Positions 36,287-48,797 of a DNA stretch of 63,721 nt are shown one piece after another. This stretch comes from Fonticula alba ATCC 38817 (taxonomy: Eukaryota; Protista; Nucleariida), in assembly GCA_000388065.2 (NCBI GenBank), contig KB932204.1; one strand, 5' to 3'. The position numbers and the translations under genes were made by a program. Positions within the stretch are counted from its first letter, which is position 1; each line of letters starts with the position of its first letter. The notes under the pieces are model-generated. The model worked only from the letters and a program-made list of their open reading frames with translations, had not been told where the DNA came from and did not search any database.

Positions 36287-39200
36287 ATGGCTCCGCCGCA
36301 GGCGAAGCGCGTGCGCGCCACCCCCGCTGCCGGGGCATCCCCGGCCACCGCACCGCGATCCATTGGCTCCGGCCGCCCGGCGGAGCCTGCCCCCTCTGAG
36401 GGAGCAGCGGCTACCGGCGTCGGCTCCAAGGTGTCGGCTACCAAGCCGGCCGCCGCCGCGCGCGCCGGCAAAGCCACGGCCACTGGCGGTGCCGCCAAGG
36501 CCACAAAGGCCAGTCGGCCCAAGGCCGCCTCCGCCGCAAGCAAGGCCACGCCCCCGCCGGCCGGGGCTTCCACAACGGATGCCTCGGCAGCTGGCACGGC
36601 TGCCAAACCGGCCGCCAGTAAGGCCAGCCGGTCGACCGGCGGAACAGCCGCCTCCAGGAAACGTGCCACCCCGGCCGATGGGTCGAGCGTGGGCCCGGCG
36701 GCCAAAAATGCCAAGGCAGCTACAGGCGCGGCTACCAAGCCCCGGGCCCCGGCCAAGCCGAAGGCCACGGCCCCCTCCTCGGAGTCGCAGGACTTCTCCT
36801 CGGACCCCACTTCGGAGCCCTCACCAGCTCCCACCGGCAAGGCAGCCGCCAAACCGCGTCCCGCGGCTGGTGCCAAGAATGCCAAGGCCCCTGCACCCAG
36901 GCCAAGACCCGCCGCCAAAGCGGCCACCGCTCGTGCCCAAACGGCCGGGCGGCGTTCAAAGAGCCAGTCTCCGAGCCCGGCTCCTTCTTTGGTGGCCCCC
37001 TCGCCGGCACTCTCGTCCACCGGCTCCTCCTCCGCCTCCGCCTCCGCCTCCACTTCGGGCGCCGTCTCCTCTTCGTCCTCCGCCACATCCAGTGCTGTTC
37101 CCTCATCGCCCACTGCCTCAGATGAGCCGGCCCCCACGGCGGTGACCAAAACCGAGGCGCCAGCGCGGGTAACCTCGCCGGCCGTGGCTGCCGGCCCGCC
37201 GGGTGCCCGACCTGCCAATGCCCCGCCTATCATTTCCCTGCCCCAGCCTCAAACCTCCTTCTCGTTGGAGCAGATCGACGGATTCCTTGGTCAGGTGGAT
37301 AATCTTTACCATGAAGTGCGTCGAGCCTCTCTCTCTCTCTCTCTCCTCTGTATGGTGGATGATAGAAGCTTAAGTTGCCCACTCAACAGCACCCCCCTCC
37401 CCCTGCCTTTCTGACACCCAAACACACATCCACGGACATCCCCTCCGGCTGCCAATATTGCTCCCCCAGGCACACTCATTGCGCTCGTCCATGGTTTCCC
37501 TGGTGACCAAGCTCATGGAACCGCCCCGACTGAAGCCACGGCCGGCCACAGGCCTCAATGATGGGGAACTCTTCACACCGAACGACCCTCCCCAGGAAGA
37601 TCGCGGTTCGTGGCCCATCCATTTTCTTGTCCCCCTCTCGTCCTGTCTTCTTTTTTTTCCACATGACTTGCATTCCCACGAGCCCTGGCAAGCTTGATCT
37701 CCGACCTCTGCCCGGCTCATTTTGCTTTCCCATCTGCCGCAGCCCCCTTCTCCCCACTCACTCACACATGCACCCACACACATTCCTCTCTCTCTCCTTT
37801 TCCCTCTCCCTCTCTCTCCCTTGCCCTCCCTGCAGATACCTGGCTGGATGAGATCGAAGTGCATGCCAAACGCTTGGACCCGAGCCGCGTGAACGTTCTC
37901 CTCCGAGACTCGCTGAAAATCGAAGGTTCCTTTCCCTTTTGCCGCATTTCCCCGACCATCGCATGCGCACATGCTAACTGCGCGCCCTGCTGCCATCCCT
38001 GCGTCTCTGGTCGGCTTCTCTTTCCACAGCCTCCGGTATCCTGAAAGCCCCGGCCATCACGGCGTACGTCACTACCGATCCGGTGAACGACCCCTGGCAC
38101 ACTCCTCCATCGATGCTTGACTGATCCCCTTCAACCCTGCCTCCAGTCCCGTGGAACTTGCCGGCATCCAGCCACACCTCTTCGTGGATGCCCTGGCCGA
38201 GTTGAATGAACAGAAAGTCACACAGGGCGTGGCCCAGGTGGCGGCCGCCTCGCTGGCCCGGCAGACGCGCCGTCACTTCTCGCCTCGGGATCGGACGGCC
38301 CCTGGCCTGAATGTGGCCCTGCCAATGGTCCTCTCGCCGGCGGACACGGCCCGTCGATTTGATCGCCTGCTCGATGCCTGTGTGACGGCCATTCAGAAAG
38401 CCGGCCGGCCAGGGCTCTCCGCTCGGCGCATCACCCCGGCACACATTCGCCACATTCGCCTGCGCGTAGAGTTGACTCTTGATCGCGGAGTGGGCGGCCT
38501 CTCGATGGTGGTGTCTTTGCGGCCGGATTCCGCGCGGCGAACCTGGCAGGCGGTCCTCCACGCCAATGGCATGGTCACCGGGCCAAGTGCCCGCGGTGGA
38601 CAAATCCCAGATGCCGATCTGGCACTGGGCATTGTCCATGCCACGGTCCTCAGCCCGGAGGAGGGGTCAACGTACGGATCAACCTTTCCCACCACCGGGC
38701 AGCCGGGACTGCAGGGCGCTCTTGGCCCGTGCTATGGCGGCTGGGGCCGGTATCCGCATTTGTCGGTGGGTGCCGTATCGGACCTGGTCAGCCACCAGAG
38801 GACCCTGGAGCGCATTTCGACATATGCACGTCTTCTCCTGAATCGGACCTTGCGCATGCCCTTCTGGCAGGGCTTGGCCGCGTTGCTGGTGCGTTGTCCT
38901 CGACCTCACTTCACCGAGGCCGGAAGGGACCCCCATGTCCCTGCCATTCCTCTGATCACAACCACGTGCGCTACTCGCTTTCCCCTCCCATGCTCTGACA
39001 CCCATGCGGGGCCTCGAAAAAGTCCTGGTTTGCCAGCCACGCGGATCTACTCAATGCCGATTGCGTGCGCTGCCGGCGACATCTGTCCGTGGACACGGCG
39101 ACGGGTGGTCCACTTGGGCCAATCATGCGCCTGGGCATGAGCAATCCCCTTGGTCGGCTTCTGGACGACTTCACCGCCGACGGGGGAGGAGAGTCCTCTT

Positions 39201-39634
39201 CTGCCGGTGGCGGACCGGTCGGCACAGAGCATGATATCCTGTGGTCTGGTGGGGCCCTGCCAGGGCCAGGCTCGGCCGAGTCGCCCGACTCGGGTGCTGA
39301 ATCTGCATCCACCATCACGGCAGCAGCCGGGAGTGCCTTCAATGTGCCGTCTGCCAATCTGGACGTCGGGTCGGATTCCTGGCTGGCCGACCTCGGGATC
39401 CCGGGATCGGTGGCCCTCGGCTTGGAAGCTGGGGCCGGGGAACTTGGCGATGCTGGGGAGGGCCTCCCACCAGGACCGCTGGGTTCGGGCCTGCCCGCGA
39501 TTCGACCGCAGCCATCACCATCACCATCGCCGTCACTTCCGAGCATGGACCCGATGGGCACCGATCTGGCGGCCTTTATTCGGTCGCTCGACTGGCATGC
39601 ATACCATCCGGAGTGCCATGCGGCTGATTCGTAG
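36287..39634 (+). CDS. MED27: Mediator subunit MED27-like protein with a long Ala/Lys/Pro-rich N-terminal extension
   Basis: Manual splice 36287-37315, 37470-37605, 37836-37925, a short exon near 38031-38065, about 38147-38888 and 39023-39634. Contains HSLRSSMVSL (compare MED27 ALRSSV). The C-terminus LLSWFASHADLLNADCVRC...AYHPEC matches the MED27 W..SY..LF..PC..C...AFH..C zinc-finger pattern. Confidence 0.65.
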
Positions 39635-40303
39635 AGTGCCAGGGAGGGAGGGAGGAGGAGGTCCATCGCCGCCCTCCTCGCCCTCGCACTGTGCGTGTGT
39701 GTGTGTGCGCATTCGTGCGCGTACCACCCATATAGACCCCCCCTTGTGCCTTCACGCCCCGTCCTTGTATCTCCCCTCCTTCATGGCTTCCCCCTCCGAA
39801 CCAAACATGTCCTTGTTGCTCCCTGCTCCTCGTCGTCGTGACACCACCCTTCCGCTTGTGTGGAAAGAGGCACCCCCCCCCCGCCCCCGCCCCACTACTG
39901 CCTGCTTGTCAACCTGCTTGTTGGTCTCGCACAGCCCATTTTTGCCGAGTGGTATCTGCCTCTTGGCGGTGGCTTTTTTTTGTTCTCTCCCCATCCCCTG
40001 GATCCCTTTTGGCCTCTTGATTTGTCTACACTCGCCCCTCATGTAAACTCAGTGCACGGCGTGTCTTTATTTCACAAACAAGGTTGCAAATTCATCGGAT
40101 CTTCTTCGGAGGAGCAAGAAATAAGCGGGAAGCATATGTGGAAAGTGGTGAACCTGGGACGACGAGAAAGACGCCGGTCGGGAAGATGATTTGACGGACA
40201 GGCATGAGAGCGAGTGAGGTGGGGACACGAGGAGCGGGGGGGGCACGCATCGAAGCCGAGAGGAACTCCCTGACGGCACTACCAGCACCATCATCGGGCG
40301 AGC

Positions 40304-40345
<42 letters not shown>

Positions 40346-40548
40346 CCCCACACACACCCGTCGGGGAGACCTGGCTCTTTCCTCCTCCCTGGGACACAGA
40401 AAATGCAAGGGAGGAGGCAGAGAAAGAACACCCGTGGGCGCAGGGGCTCCCTCTTACGGGGGCAAAGGACCACCGCTTTCTCTCTCTCTCCCTCTCTCTG
40501 TCTCTCCCTCGCTCTCTTGGCATCGCGCCCCAAGGGACATGCAGGCAC

Positions 40549-42033
40549 TCAGAAGACAGCGGTCACCGGGGCGCGGCCATTGGAACAGGACCGCAGGCAG
40601 TTGAGCTGATCCGTGAGGTCTTCATCATCCGGAGCCACACCGAGAGTCGAATAATACTCGGCCAGCCAGGAAGACAGGGCCATGGCATCGACGGTCGGGG
40701 CGGGAGCTGACGCCTCGTCGGAAACGATGTGGCGCTCGTGCACACAGAGGAGCATGTTATAGCAGCGGCCATCCAAGCAGCCAGCCTCCTCGAGGGCCGG
40801 CTGGACGTACTTCAGACCGACAACCGCACGGAAGCCCAGGCGGGAGAGAGCCGCCGCGGCGCGGCTTTTCGTGGCGTCGGATTCCGAATCATCATGGCCG
40901 CGGGTCTCCAGCAGGGCGATCTTGGCCTGGGGGCCGAGGCCGCGCTGACGCGCACGCATGTCACCGAACTCGATGCAGGCCATGGAGAGGGGCCGAGAGA
41001 GGCCCAGGCCCCGGCGGTCGGGAGCCACCACCAGGTACGTCAGCAGCAGGGCCGACGACCGGGGATAGAATTCCGCCGCCGAAAGAGCCACCGGCACACC
41101 GGAAAGGCGGTCCACCATGACGATGAGGTCGAAGTCCACATCAGAGTCGCAGGGAGAAGTGGGGCCACTGTCCGGAGGGGGGTGGTCGGGGGTGCTGGCC
41201 GCATCGAGGAGGGCCTCATGCCAGTGCACCACGGGCTCCAGCTCGTCGGGGGCCGAGCTAAAGGCCGGGATGGCCAGGAATTGGTGCACGACCGTGGCGA
41301 AGGCCAGGGCCGCGGCCGGGCCGCGCGCGGTCGCCGGATCCGGGCAAGCCTCACGAATGAGGGTGGCAGATGCTTCCGGCAGGCATGCCTGACCGCAGGC
41401 AATCTGCCGCAGACTGAGCACCTCCAACTGAGCCGGGGTGCTTTGCCGGATCGGCTGGAGATAGTCCTCAACAAAGGGGGGAAGGGAGAGGGCGGTCGTC
41501 GGACGAACACAGCCATCGGAGGCAAGGCTGTCAATTACCAGCGGGGTAACGGCAGCGATGCGAGGGGGGGAGATACCGGTTTGGTTAGCCGGCCTGATCT
41601 GTGGCGGAGCCGGGCAAGAGGGCCTCGGCAGGTCGGACGGGGGCGAGCTGGCACCGTTGGTGTCGGCACCGGGTCCGGCCGGCGATGGCGTCGGGTAAGC
41701 GCAATCGCGTGCGGCGGGAACGGTGACAACACCGGAGATGGTGGCGGCATCGCCGGCAGCGGCGAGGGGAGGGGTGGAAGAACCAACACCGATGGCGGCG
41801 GTGTCGATCGCCGGGGGGAGGATGTCGACGACATTGTCGTTGACGCCAGCCACGGCGACATCCGCGCCCCTACGCGCGGGAGTGTCCGACCTGGCGGGGG
41901 TCTTGCCGAGCCCAGCCACAGACCAGGCCGGCCTGGGTATCGGTGTCAATTTGCCGGAGTCCTCCCCGCAGGAGGACTGCGAGCTGCCGGCACTGGCAGC
42001 ACCCGAAGAACGAGAATACCCGAACATGGTCAT
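40549..42033 (-). CDS. GNAT-fold (acetyltransferase-like) protein, apparently single-exon
   Basis: Contiguous ORF from MTMFG. Motifs AEFYPRSSALLLTYLVVAPDRRGLGLSR (acetyl-CoA binding motif A-like, R.G.G) and LSRLGFRAV..LKYVQPAL. The N-terminal third or so is low complexity. Confidence 0.65.
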   Translation of the reverse strand: MTMFGYSRSSGAASAGSSQSSCGEDSGKLTPIPRPAWSVAGLGKTPARSDTPARRGADVAVAGVNDNVVDILPPAIDTAAIGVGSSTPPLAAAGDAATISGVVTVPAARDCAYPTPSPAGPGADTNGASSPPSDLPRPSCPAPPQIRPANQTGISPPRIAAVTPLVIDSLASDGCVRPTTALSLPPFVEDYLQPIRQSTPAQLEVLSLRQIACGQACLPEASATLIREACPDPATARGPAAALAFATVVHQFLAIPAFSSAPDELEPVVHWHEALLDAASTPDHPPPDSGPTSPCDSDVDFDLIVMVDRLSGVPVALSAAEFYPRSSALLLTYLVVAPDRRGLGLSRPLSMACIEFGDMRARQRGLGPQAKIALLETRGHDDSESDATKSRAAAALSRLGFRAVVGLKYVQPALEEAGCLDGRCYNMLLCVHERHIVSDEASAPAPTVDAMALSSWLAEYYSTLGVAPDDEDLTDQLNCLRSCSNGRAPVTAVF

Positions 42034-42226
42034 GATTGGAAAGGAGGAGGGGGGCGGGTTGGGGGGGGACAGGGAAGCCCTACACGGGTTGGGGGGGGGG
42101 AGAGCGCGGAACGCAGAAGGACGATGGACGGCCGGGCACCCAAAGGCACCCGGCGTGGCTGGCTGGTGGGATATAAATAGCCTTCCTCCCATTACCGCCC
42201 TCCGAGACGCATTCACACACTCACAC

Positions 42227-42279
<53 letters not shown>

Positions 42280-44382
42280 GAAGATACCCTCTTTGACCAT
42301 GAATAGAGGCATGCTACTCTCGAAGAGTCGGCGCACATGCCCAGTGCTCAAGAGCACCCCTCCGGATCAAGTCGACACTCCGGGATGCATCCTTTGTCGA
42401 CGTGAGTCTGTGGGTACGGTGCGCCACACCGCGGGATTCGCGCACGCGCGCACGCGCGCGCACGCACACACACACCAAATAGGACCACGAGTCGAGAGGG
42501 GTGGGGGCCGCAGGGGGCAGGAGATCTCTCCCGGCATCCTACCCCTGGAGCGTCGGGGGCGCCGATAGCAAGGTTTGCTGTGTGACCTCCAGCGCACAAC
42601 CACCGCGCGCCACAGGGACAGTGACGAACTCAAGGCAGGGGCCAGAGCGCCAGCATATGGGTGCGGAGAACATGCCTGCCAAGGCGCTGTTGGTCTTTCG
42701 AGCCCCACGGTGGTCACACAACCAAGAGACCGTCAATGCGGGTCGAAGCGGCGGCGGGCCGGGGGGGGGGGCTTCATCACGACCCACGGCCACCTCGTTG
42801 TAGCCGGGATTCGGCAACCAGCTGGAGAACAGGGGAATGTGCTTGGTGAGATGTCGATACCAGGGGTGCCACACGCCCGTCCCTCCCCCCCACCCCCCGG
42901 GGCCGTCGGACTCACAAACGGCGAGATCGCCCACCGCCCGGACTCGAGCGCCAGGCAGTCGTCCCGGGGAGCCGTCCGGGAACAGACAGGCTTCCCTTTC
43001 AGGCCCAGGGAGGGTTGCAGGAGCAGAAAAAAGAAGGGCACCGCCACGAAGGAGGGGGCCTGTGCCCCCCCCCCCCCTCTCGGGTGGCGAACCTGAGCAT
43101 GGTAGAGGCAGCGTCGAGGCTTCCAAACCGATCGCCAGTGGGCATCCCCCATTGGGGCGCAATAGTTTTCCCATGGCCAGGCTCGATCGGATGAAACGGC
43201 GACAGCAGGGCGCAGGACGGCCAGAGGCCCCCTCGGAACACCCCTCCCGAGGGGTAGACCGGGGAATGCCTCTGGGGTGCAAGACCGGCGGCCAGAGCCG
43301 GGGGGGCGGGTGTGTTTATTTCAGCCCGCCCGGGCCGCCTGCGGACGTCCCCGGCCGCTGGACGAAGAAATGGGTGCGCAGTTGACCAAGATGGAGCAGG
43401 GGCACTCGTGGTTTGGAACACCATCTCGCGCCCTGGGCGCGTGTGTGGCATTGTTGGGGCGCTTTCCGGGGCATGCCCCTCCCCCACCCTCCCCCCCGGG
43501 GGGGGGGGGGTGGACAACGCATGGTACCCCGCACACGTACCCACCACACCGCCAGGCAAGGGCCCGCCCGTCGGGCTGACATGCCCCACAGGGCCTCGGC
43601 CCCATCTACACGGCATGTTGACCGGCGGCAGCTTTCCCTCCCCAGGAGGCGCATGAGGGAGAGAAGCCAATTGTTAGCAACCGACGGTAGGGACCTTGTC
43701 GTGTCATCAAGGAGCGTCCCCTGCTCTCGCCGCCGCTTTTCCCCCACCTCGGTCTGCCGACCAGAAAAGCACACGCGCCGGTGCGTGAGAAGCGATCCAT
43801 GCTTGGCGGCCCAGGGAGCTCGGATCCATTGGCACAGCGACCCCGTTTCGGTCCCTGGACTCCTCGGTGATCATCGGGCGGAGTCAACCCTGTGCTTGAT
43901 GAAAACGGACCTTAACCCGCACCCGGATGCCTGGATCGGCCCGTTGGCTGCTCAGTCAATAGAGGCAACTATTTTAGTCCCGCTTTATCCGCCACAAGAA
44001 CGCGATCTACCGCCGGTCTCGCCCTATCTCGGTTAATGTCCACAAGTGCTCGCGCAGATCATGAGGGAATGGGCGTGATTTAATTTGAATTTGTCGTTAG
44101 CAATCGACTTCGTCGTGGTGCATCCGTCCCCCCCCCTCTCCTCTCGGTCCTCGGGCCTGAGAGAAAACGCCACCGACGCCCCATCCAAGGGCGGGGATGT
44201 CCCCGCACCCGATCTCCCTTCCTCTGTCAGCCGCCACCCCCCTCCCCTCTCCCGGCCCTCCACCTCCCCCGCCTCCCGCCCACTGCGACCCTCCGATTGC
44301 TATCCTCTGCCAGGCCCATCCTCCTCCTCCTCCCTCTCCTCGCGTTTCCCCATCATCTCCGGCCTCTCGGTGGCCTCGCCCG

Positions 44383-45676
44383 ATGTCGCTCTCCTCGACT
44401 GGCATACCGATCGCTGCCTACCGGCGTGCGATCTATTCGGCCTTCACCCGGTCGCATGGGCTCACCCTCAGCCAAGAGGCTTTCGACTATCTCGTGTCAG
44501 TACTTCAAGCCATCCCTGTGGATCCCGCCCGGCCAGCGCGCGGGAATAAGCTTCCCATCGACCAGGAGACCGCTCTCCTGACACTGGCGCGGTCGTACAC
44601 CAAACATGCCTCCGGTGCGGGGTTGCTTTTTTCTCCTTCTTCTTCTTCTTCTTCTTCTTCTTCTTCTTTGCCCACCCTTCAGCGACATGCTCACCAGGGA
44701 GGCCCCCTTTTTTTCCTCACACGCCCGTGCCCGCCCCCGCACCCGCAACACTGTGGCCGGACTTCCGTCCATGCTAGAATCTGGGTCGTCCCTCATCTCG
44801 CGACCGGCCTTGGAGCTTGTTGTCCAGCAACTGACGAAGCTCGCTTCGGCGGCTGGTGAGGCTGCTAAGTCCACAATGTCCTCCGCCGCAATCCCCGCCG
44901 CCAGTGGCGCCGACCTGCAAACGATCGCTGCTGAAACCCCGGCCGCCGTGGCGCCGACGACCCAGACCCCGACAATCGATGCCCCAACCTTCACCATCCA
45001 ATTGGACACTGTGGCTCTCTTGCGCGTGCTAGGAGCCGAACAGCAGCCACGCCTGCTGCTGGACCGAGCACGCAATGTGTGGAACGTGTATGTTTCCTCA
45101 TGCGGCAAAACAGCATCGCGCCTTCGTTGGAAGCGTCATCAGCCACATGCCTGACCCTGTTCCCCCCCCCCCCCCCTCCTCCCCTCTGCCGCACCAACCA
45201 GTGCCCCTCGGGCGTCCCCCTTCTCCAAGCATGCGGATGGCCATAATGCTGCCATTCTGGAGCGGTATCATCTGCTGCATGCCCGCTGCGCACGGCATGC
45301 GCTCTTCCGTCCGGAGCACCGCCATGCCGGCGGCATGGAGGTACACAACATATACGCTTGGTCGCCGGTAATGCTGCAGTTGATGGTGCATTTTACTCAC
45401 CTGCCTGTGGTAGCTCGCCACGACTGACTCGCTGTCCGGGCGACCGGCTGAAGCTCCGCCAGTGTGCCTCTTTGGCTTGCTCAGTCGCGGCCCTGATGGA
45501 CGCCCGCGACTTGAGGACCCGTATGGCTCAATTCGCCTGGACCTCTCGAGTGCGGTACGTCGGTGTCTCTTCCAGCGCCTTTTGCCGTCGCCCCTCTCCT
45601 CTTCATGTGCCTCCATACCATCAGTACCTGACCCCTCTCTCTTGTGTGCGTGTGTGCGTGTGTGCTTGTGCATATG

Positions 45677-45708
<32 letters not shown>

Positions 45709-47703
45709 TGTGTGTGCGTGCTTTAATTGCGCTCAGGTGGCAAATGTGGGCCTCTTCTCGGCTGGCACATTTGCCCTGCTTGAGGGCCAGCTCGCGTCGG
45801 GTTCTGACATGACCGATGCCATGAGCGAGGGTGCGACATTCCGTGTGTCACACGTGGGCTTTCCCCCGTCGGAGTCCCGGGCAGCTACGCTCAGTCGCTC
45901 GCTTGGCTTTACCTCCAGCACTGGGATGGATCACCGGTCCGTCAGTGGGATTGGAGATGTCTCTGGTGAAACGCAATGGGAAGATGTGCGCCGATCCTAA
46001 GAGGGGGGGGGGGCATTTTTGTCTGTCTCATGGGCGGTGAAAATCGGTAGCTCACATGGATTTGACTGCCCATTCGCGTGTGCCCGTGGTGTGGCCATAG
46101 GCCCACATCGAACAGGCGGCGGCCGACCCACGTGCTGCCTGGGTAGTCTTGTCCGATGTCAAACTCGACAGCCCGGTGGTTATGCGCATGTTGGAGCGCC
46201 TCTTCGGATCGTATCAGACAGCTGCCGAGGACTGGCTCTCGGCGCATCCTGGTCAGAGCTTGGCCGGCCTGCTCCCGGATGCCTTTCTGATGTTTGGAGA
46301 CTTTACCCAGCATGGTGCCTCCTCGGGTACGGAACGAACAATCGCCCCCGTCACGACGGCTGCTGTTGCCGCTGCCACTGTTGCCGCTGCCGCTGCTTTC
46401 CTCCGCCCGATAGAGGCGTATCTTCTTTGAATGCCATCTTGGCGCCACGCTCACCTCCGCACGCCGCCTCCGATGACCAGATCTGCACCACTGTCGGACC
46501 TTGTGGGCAGAGCTGGGAGCTCTAATTGTTCGCTTTCCCTTGGTGGCCAACCGGTGTCGATTCATTTTTGTCCCCGGACCAAATGACCATCCGGCCAGTG
46601 GATCCGGCGGCTTGACCGGGATCCTACCGGCAGAGCCCATCCCTCCGGAGTGGCTGGAGGGCACCCTCTTCCAATGGTGTCATCCTGTAGATGCGGCCGC
46701 GATCTCAGCGGCTGATCGGCCCAAGAATGCGATCCGCTATGCGCACTTCACGAGCAACCCCTGTCGTCTGCTTTTCGGGCCGAAGGAATTTTGCTTCTTC
46801 CGGCACGACCTGCTCGGGCGGATGCGCCGATCCCTGGTTGTCCCGCCGAATTTGGCCACCGTGTCGGACATTCGCACTCATGTTCGTTATGCTCTTTCCT
46901 TTATGTGCCCCTGCCACTTGGGCCTCTGCGAGAACAAGCGGTACATGCCTGTGCTCTGACTCGCCTTTTCTTTCTTCCTACCGGATGGCAGCTTGCGCAT
47001 ACGATCATCGAAAATGCACATCTGGCGCCCCATCCAGCCCCTCCGGCGCTGTTGTGGGAGTACGACCATGTTCTCCGGCTCTATCCCCTGCCCGATGCGG
47101 TGCGCAAACCTCCCCTCGCCTTCCCCCTTTGATCCGGTTTGCCTGCCCCAAGCGAGTCTGTTCTCACACTGGCACGTCCCCTGGCATTAACATGTGCACT
47201 CCATTTGCCTCGCTATCCACCACCCCCGCTCTCCCCCCGTCTCTCCCTCTCTATGACACACACACACACACGCGCGCGCGCGCGCGCACGCGCGCTCCTC
47301 GCTCCCCAAAGGTGTTCCTGGCGGACCAACTCCCGACACACATTGATGAGATCGTGCATGAAGCCGAGTCGGCCGAGTTGAGCCGGCGGCGGAACGGTGC
47401 CGACGGCACGACGGCTGGCGGGCTGCGCATGGATGTTGATGACGGGGCTGGCGGTGTGTTGGATCCGGCGACGGCAGCATCGTCCCAGGTGGCCGATGCC
47501 GAGGCAACGGTCTCGCGCGTTGTTCATGTGCCGCAATTCTCCCTCAACGGGTCTTTCATCATCTTCTACCCAGGGACCGCGAAAACCGAGATCTGGTACG
47601 TGGCCTCGTTCGCACGCTCACACAATGCTGCGCCTCGCAAAAGAAGAAAAGGCCACCCCCGGACACTGACCCCTCATGCACATGCAGCAAAATCACCCTT
47701 TAG
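44383..47703 (+). CDS. POLE2: DNA polymerase epsilon subunit B (Dpb2); multi-exon
   Basis: N-terminal AFTRSHGLTLSQEAFDYL; LFGLLSR...LEDPYGSIRLDLS; GFPPSESR; LSDVKLD; FIFVPGPND; ILP..PIP; TSNPCRL; FRHDLLGRMRR; TIIENAHLAP..WEYDHVLRLYPLPD; VFLAD. A final micro-exon at 47688-47703 gives EICKITL*. Confidence 0.93.
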
Positions 47704-47959
47704 AGCACCCCTGTGCCTCCTCTCTCCGGGTTGCCCCCCCCCCCCCCCAGTCCGCCAATACACATGTTCACGGGGATAGAAGCCCTGGCGACATACCCGC
47801 AGAAAAAACGCATCGCAAGTGGGGGTAGAAAGTAGGGAACAAGGGATATATATGTGGGGGGGGAGGGGGGATGGAGAATGTATAAGGTGTGTGCAAAGAT
47901 AGATGGGGTTCATTGAGGGGCGCGGCACGGAGAGCCTGAAGGAGAAGAGAGAGGGAACT

Positions 47960-48797
47960 TTACTCGGCCTCCTCGGCGACCTCCTCGAAGTTGGTGTCGA
48001 CGAGCTCGGGGATGTCCTCATCCTCGGCACCGGCGAAGGTGGGAGCGGGGGCACCCACTGTGGGCAGGCACACATGCAGCAGGAAGGGGGGGGAGGATGG
48101 TTGAAAGGGAGAGCGGGAGAGAGGGAGCGAGAGTTAGCAAATAAAAGCCGGCAGGGGGAAAGAACATGGCAATCCCCCCCCCCCCGGAGGGCCGTGTGCC
48201 GGGGACCAACACCGGCGGGGAACGGGGAGAGCAGCGGGGGGGGGGGTGGGAAACAACATGAAAGAAGATGGAGGGACGCACTACCACCACCAAGCTTGAG
48301 GTTGTCGAGGAGAGAGCGGATGTCGATCAGGTCGGCGGCGTTGCTGACGGTCGGGCGGCCGAAGACAACGAAGACACCAGCGGGGAAGTTGGCCTGGACT
48401 GTGTGATAGGGGGGAGAGCGTCACCGGGTGAAGAACACGCGTTTGCGTGTGTGTGTGTGTGTGTGTGCACACGAGCGAGAAGGGAGAGGGCGAGGAGGCA
48501 GAAGACAGGGGTCAGCAGGAGCACAGGGGGGGGGAAAGGTTAAGCAGCACCAAAGCCGGCAGGGGCAACGGAATGCGTACCACGGGGGCTCTTGAAGACC
48601 ATGACCTTGCCGGTGGACAGGGCAACGGAGACGTTGTCCATCTGGTAGGCCTGGAGACCGACCTTGCGGAGGGTGGGGGCAACCTTCTTCTCGTTGTTGA
48701 CAATGGCAACGGACTTGGTGGTGCGGACGGCACGGCGGGGGGTGCCCTTACCACCAGTGCGGGTGGCACTCTGGAGCTTGTTAAGCTTGGCGCTCAT
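47960..48797 (-). CDS. BTF3: Nascent polypeptide-associated complex beta subunit (BTF3/Egd1)
   Basis: Model 48797-48581, 48398-48291, 48057-47960. Sequence RTGGKGTPRR, EKKVAPTLRKVG, VMVFKSPRVQANFPAGVFVVFG and C-terminal DEDIPELVDTNFEE. Confidence 0.9.

Noticed and set aside
36280-37233. Long antisense or shadow ORFs (for example 36280-37233 -, 40729-42180 +, 30622-31833 +, 53982-55028 -, 22931-24121 +)
   Set aside because: They lie opposite well-supported genes. High GC content suppresses stop codons, and they carry no family motifs.
38030-38050. GTATCCT words suggesting U12-type introns
   Set aside because: They are not at exon-intron boundaries required by the reading frames, and no TCCTTAAC branch site was seen.
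43787-43796. ATCGCTTCTC on the minus strand resembling the 5' end of U2 snRNA
   Set aside because: The match stops after 10 nt; there is no GTAGTA branch-pairing sequence or Sm site in register.
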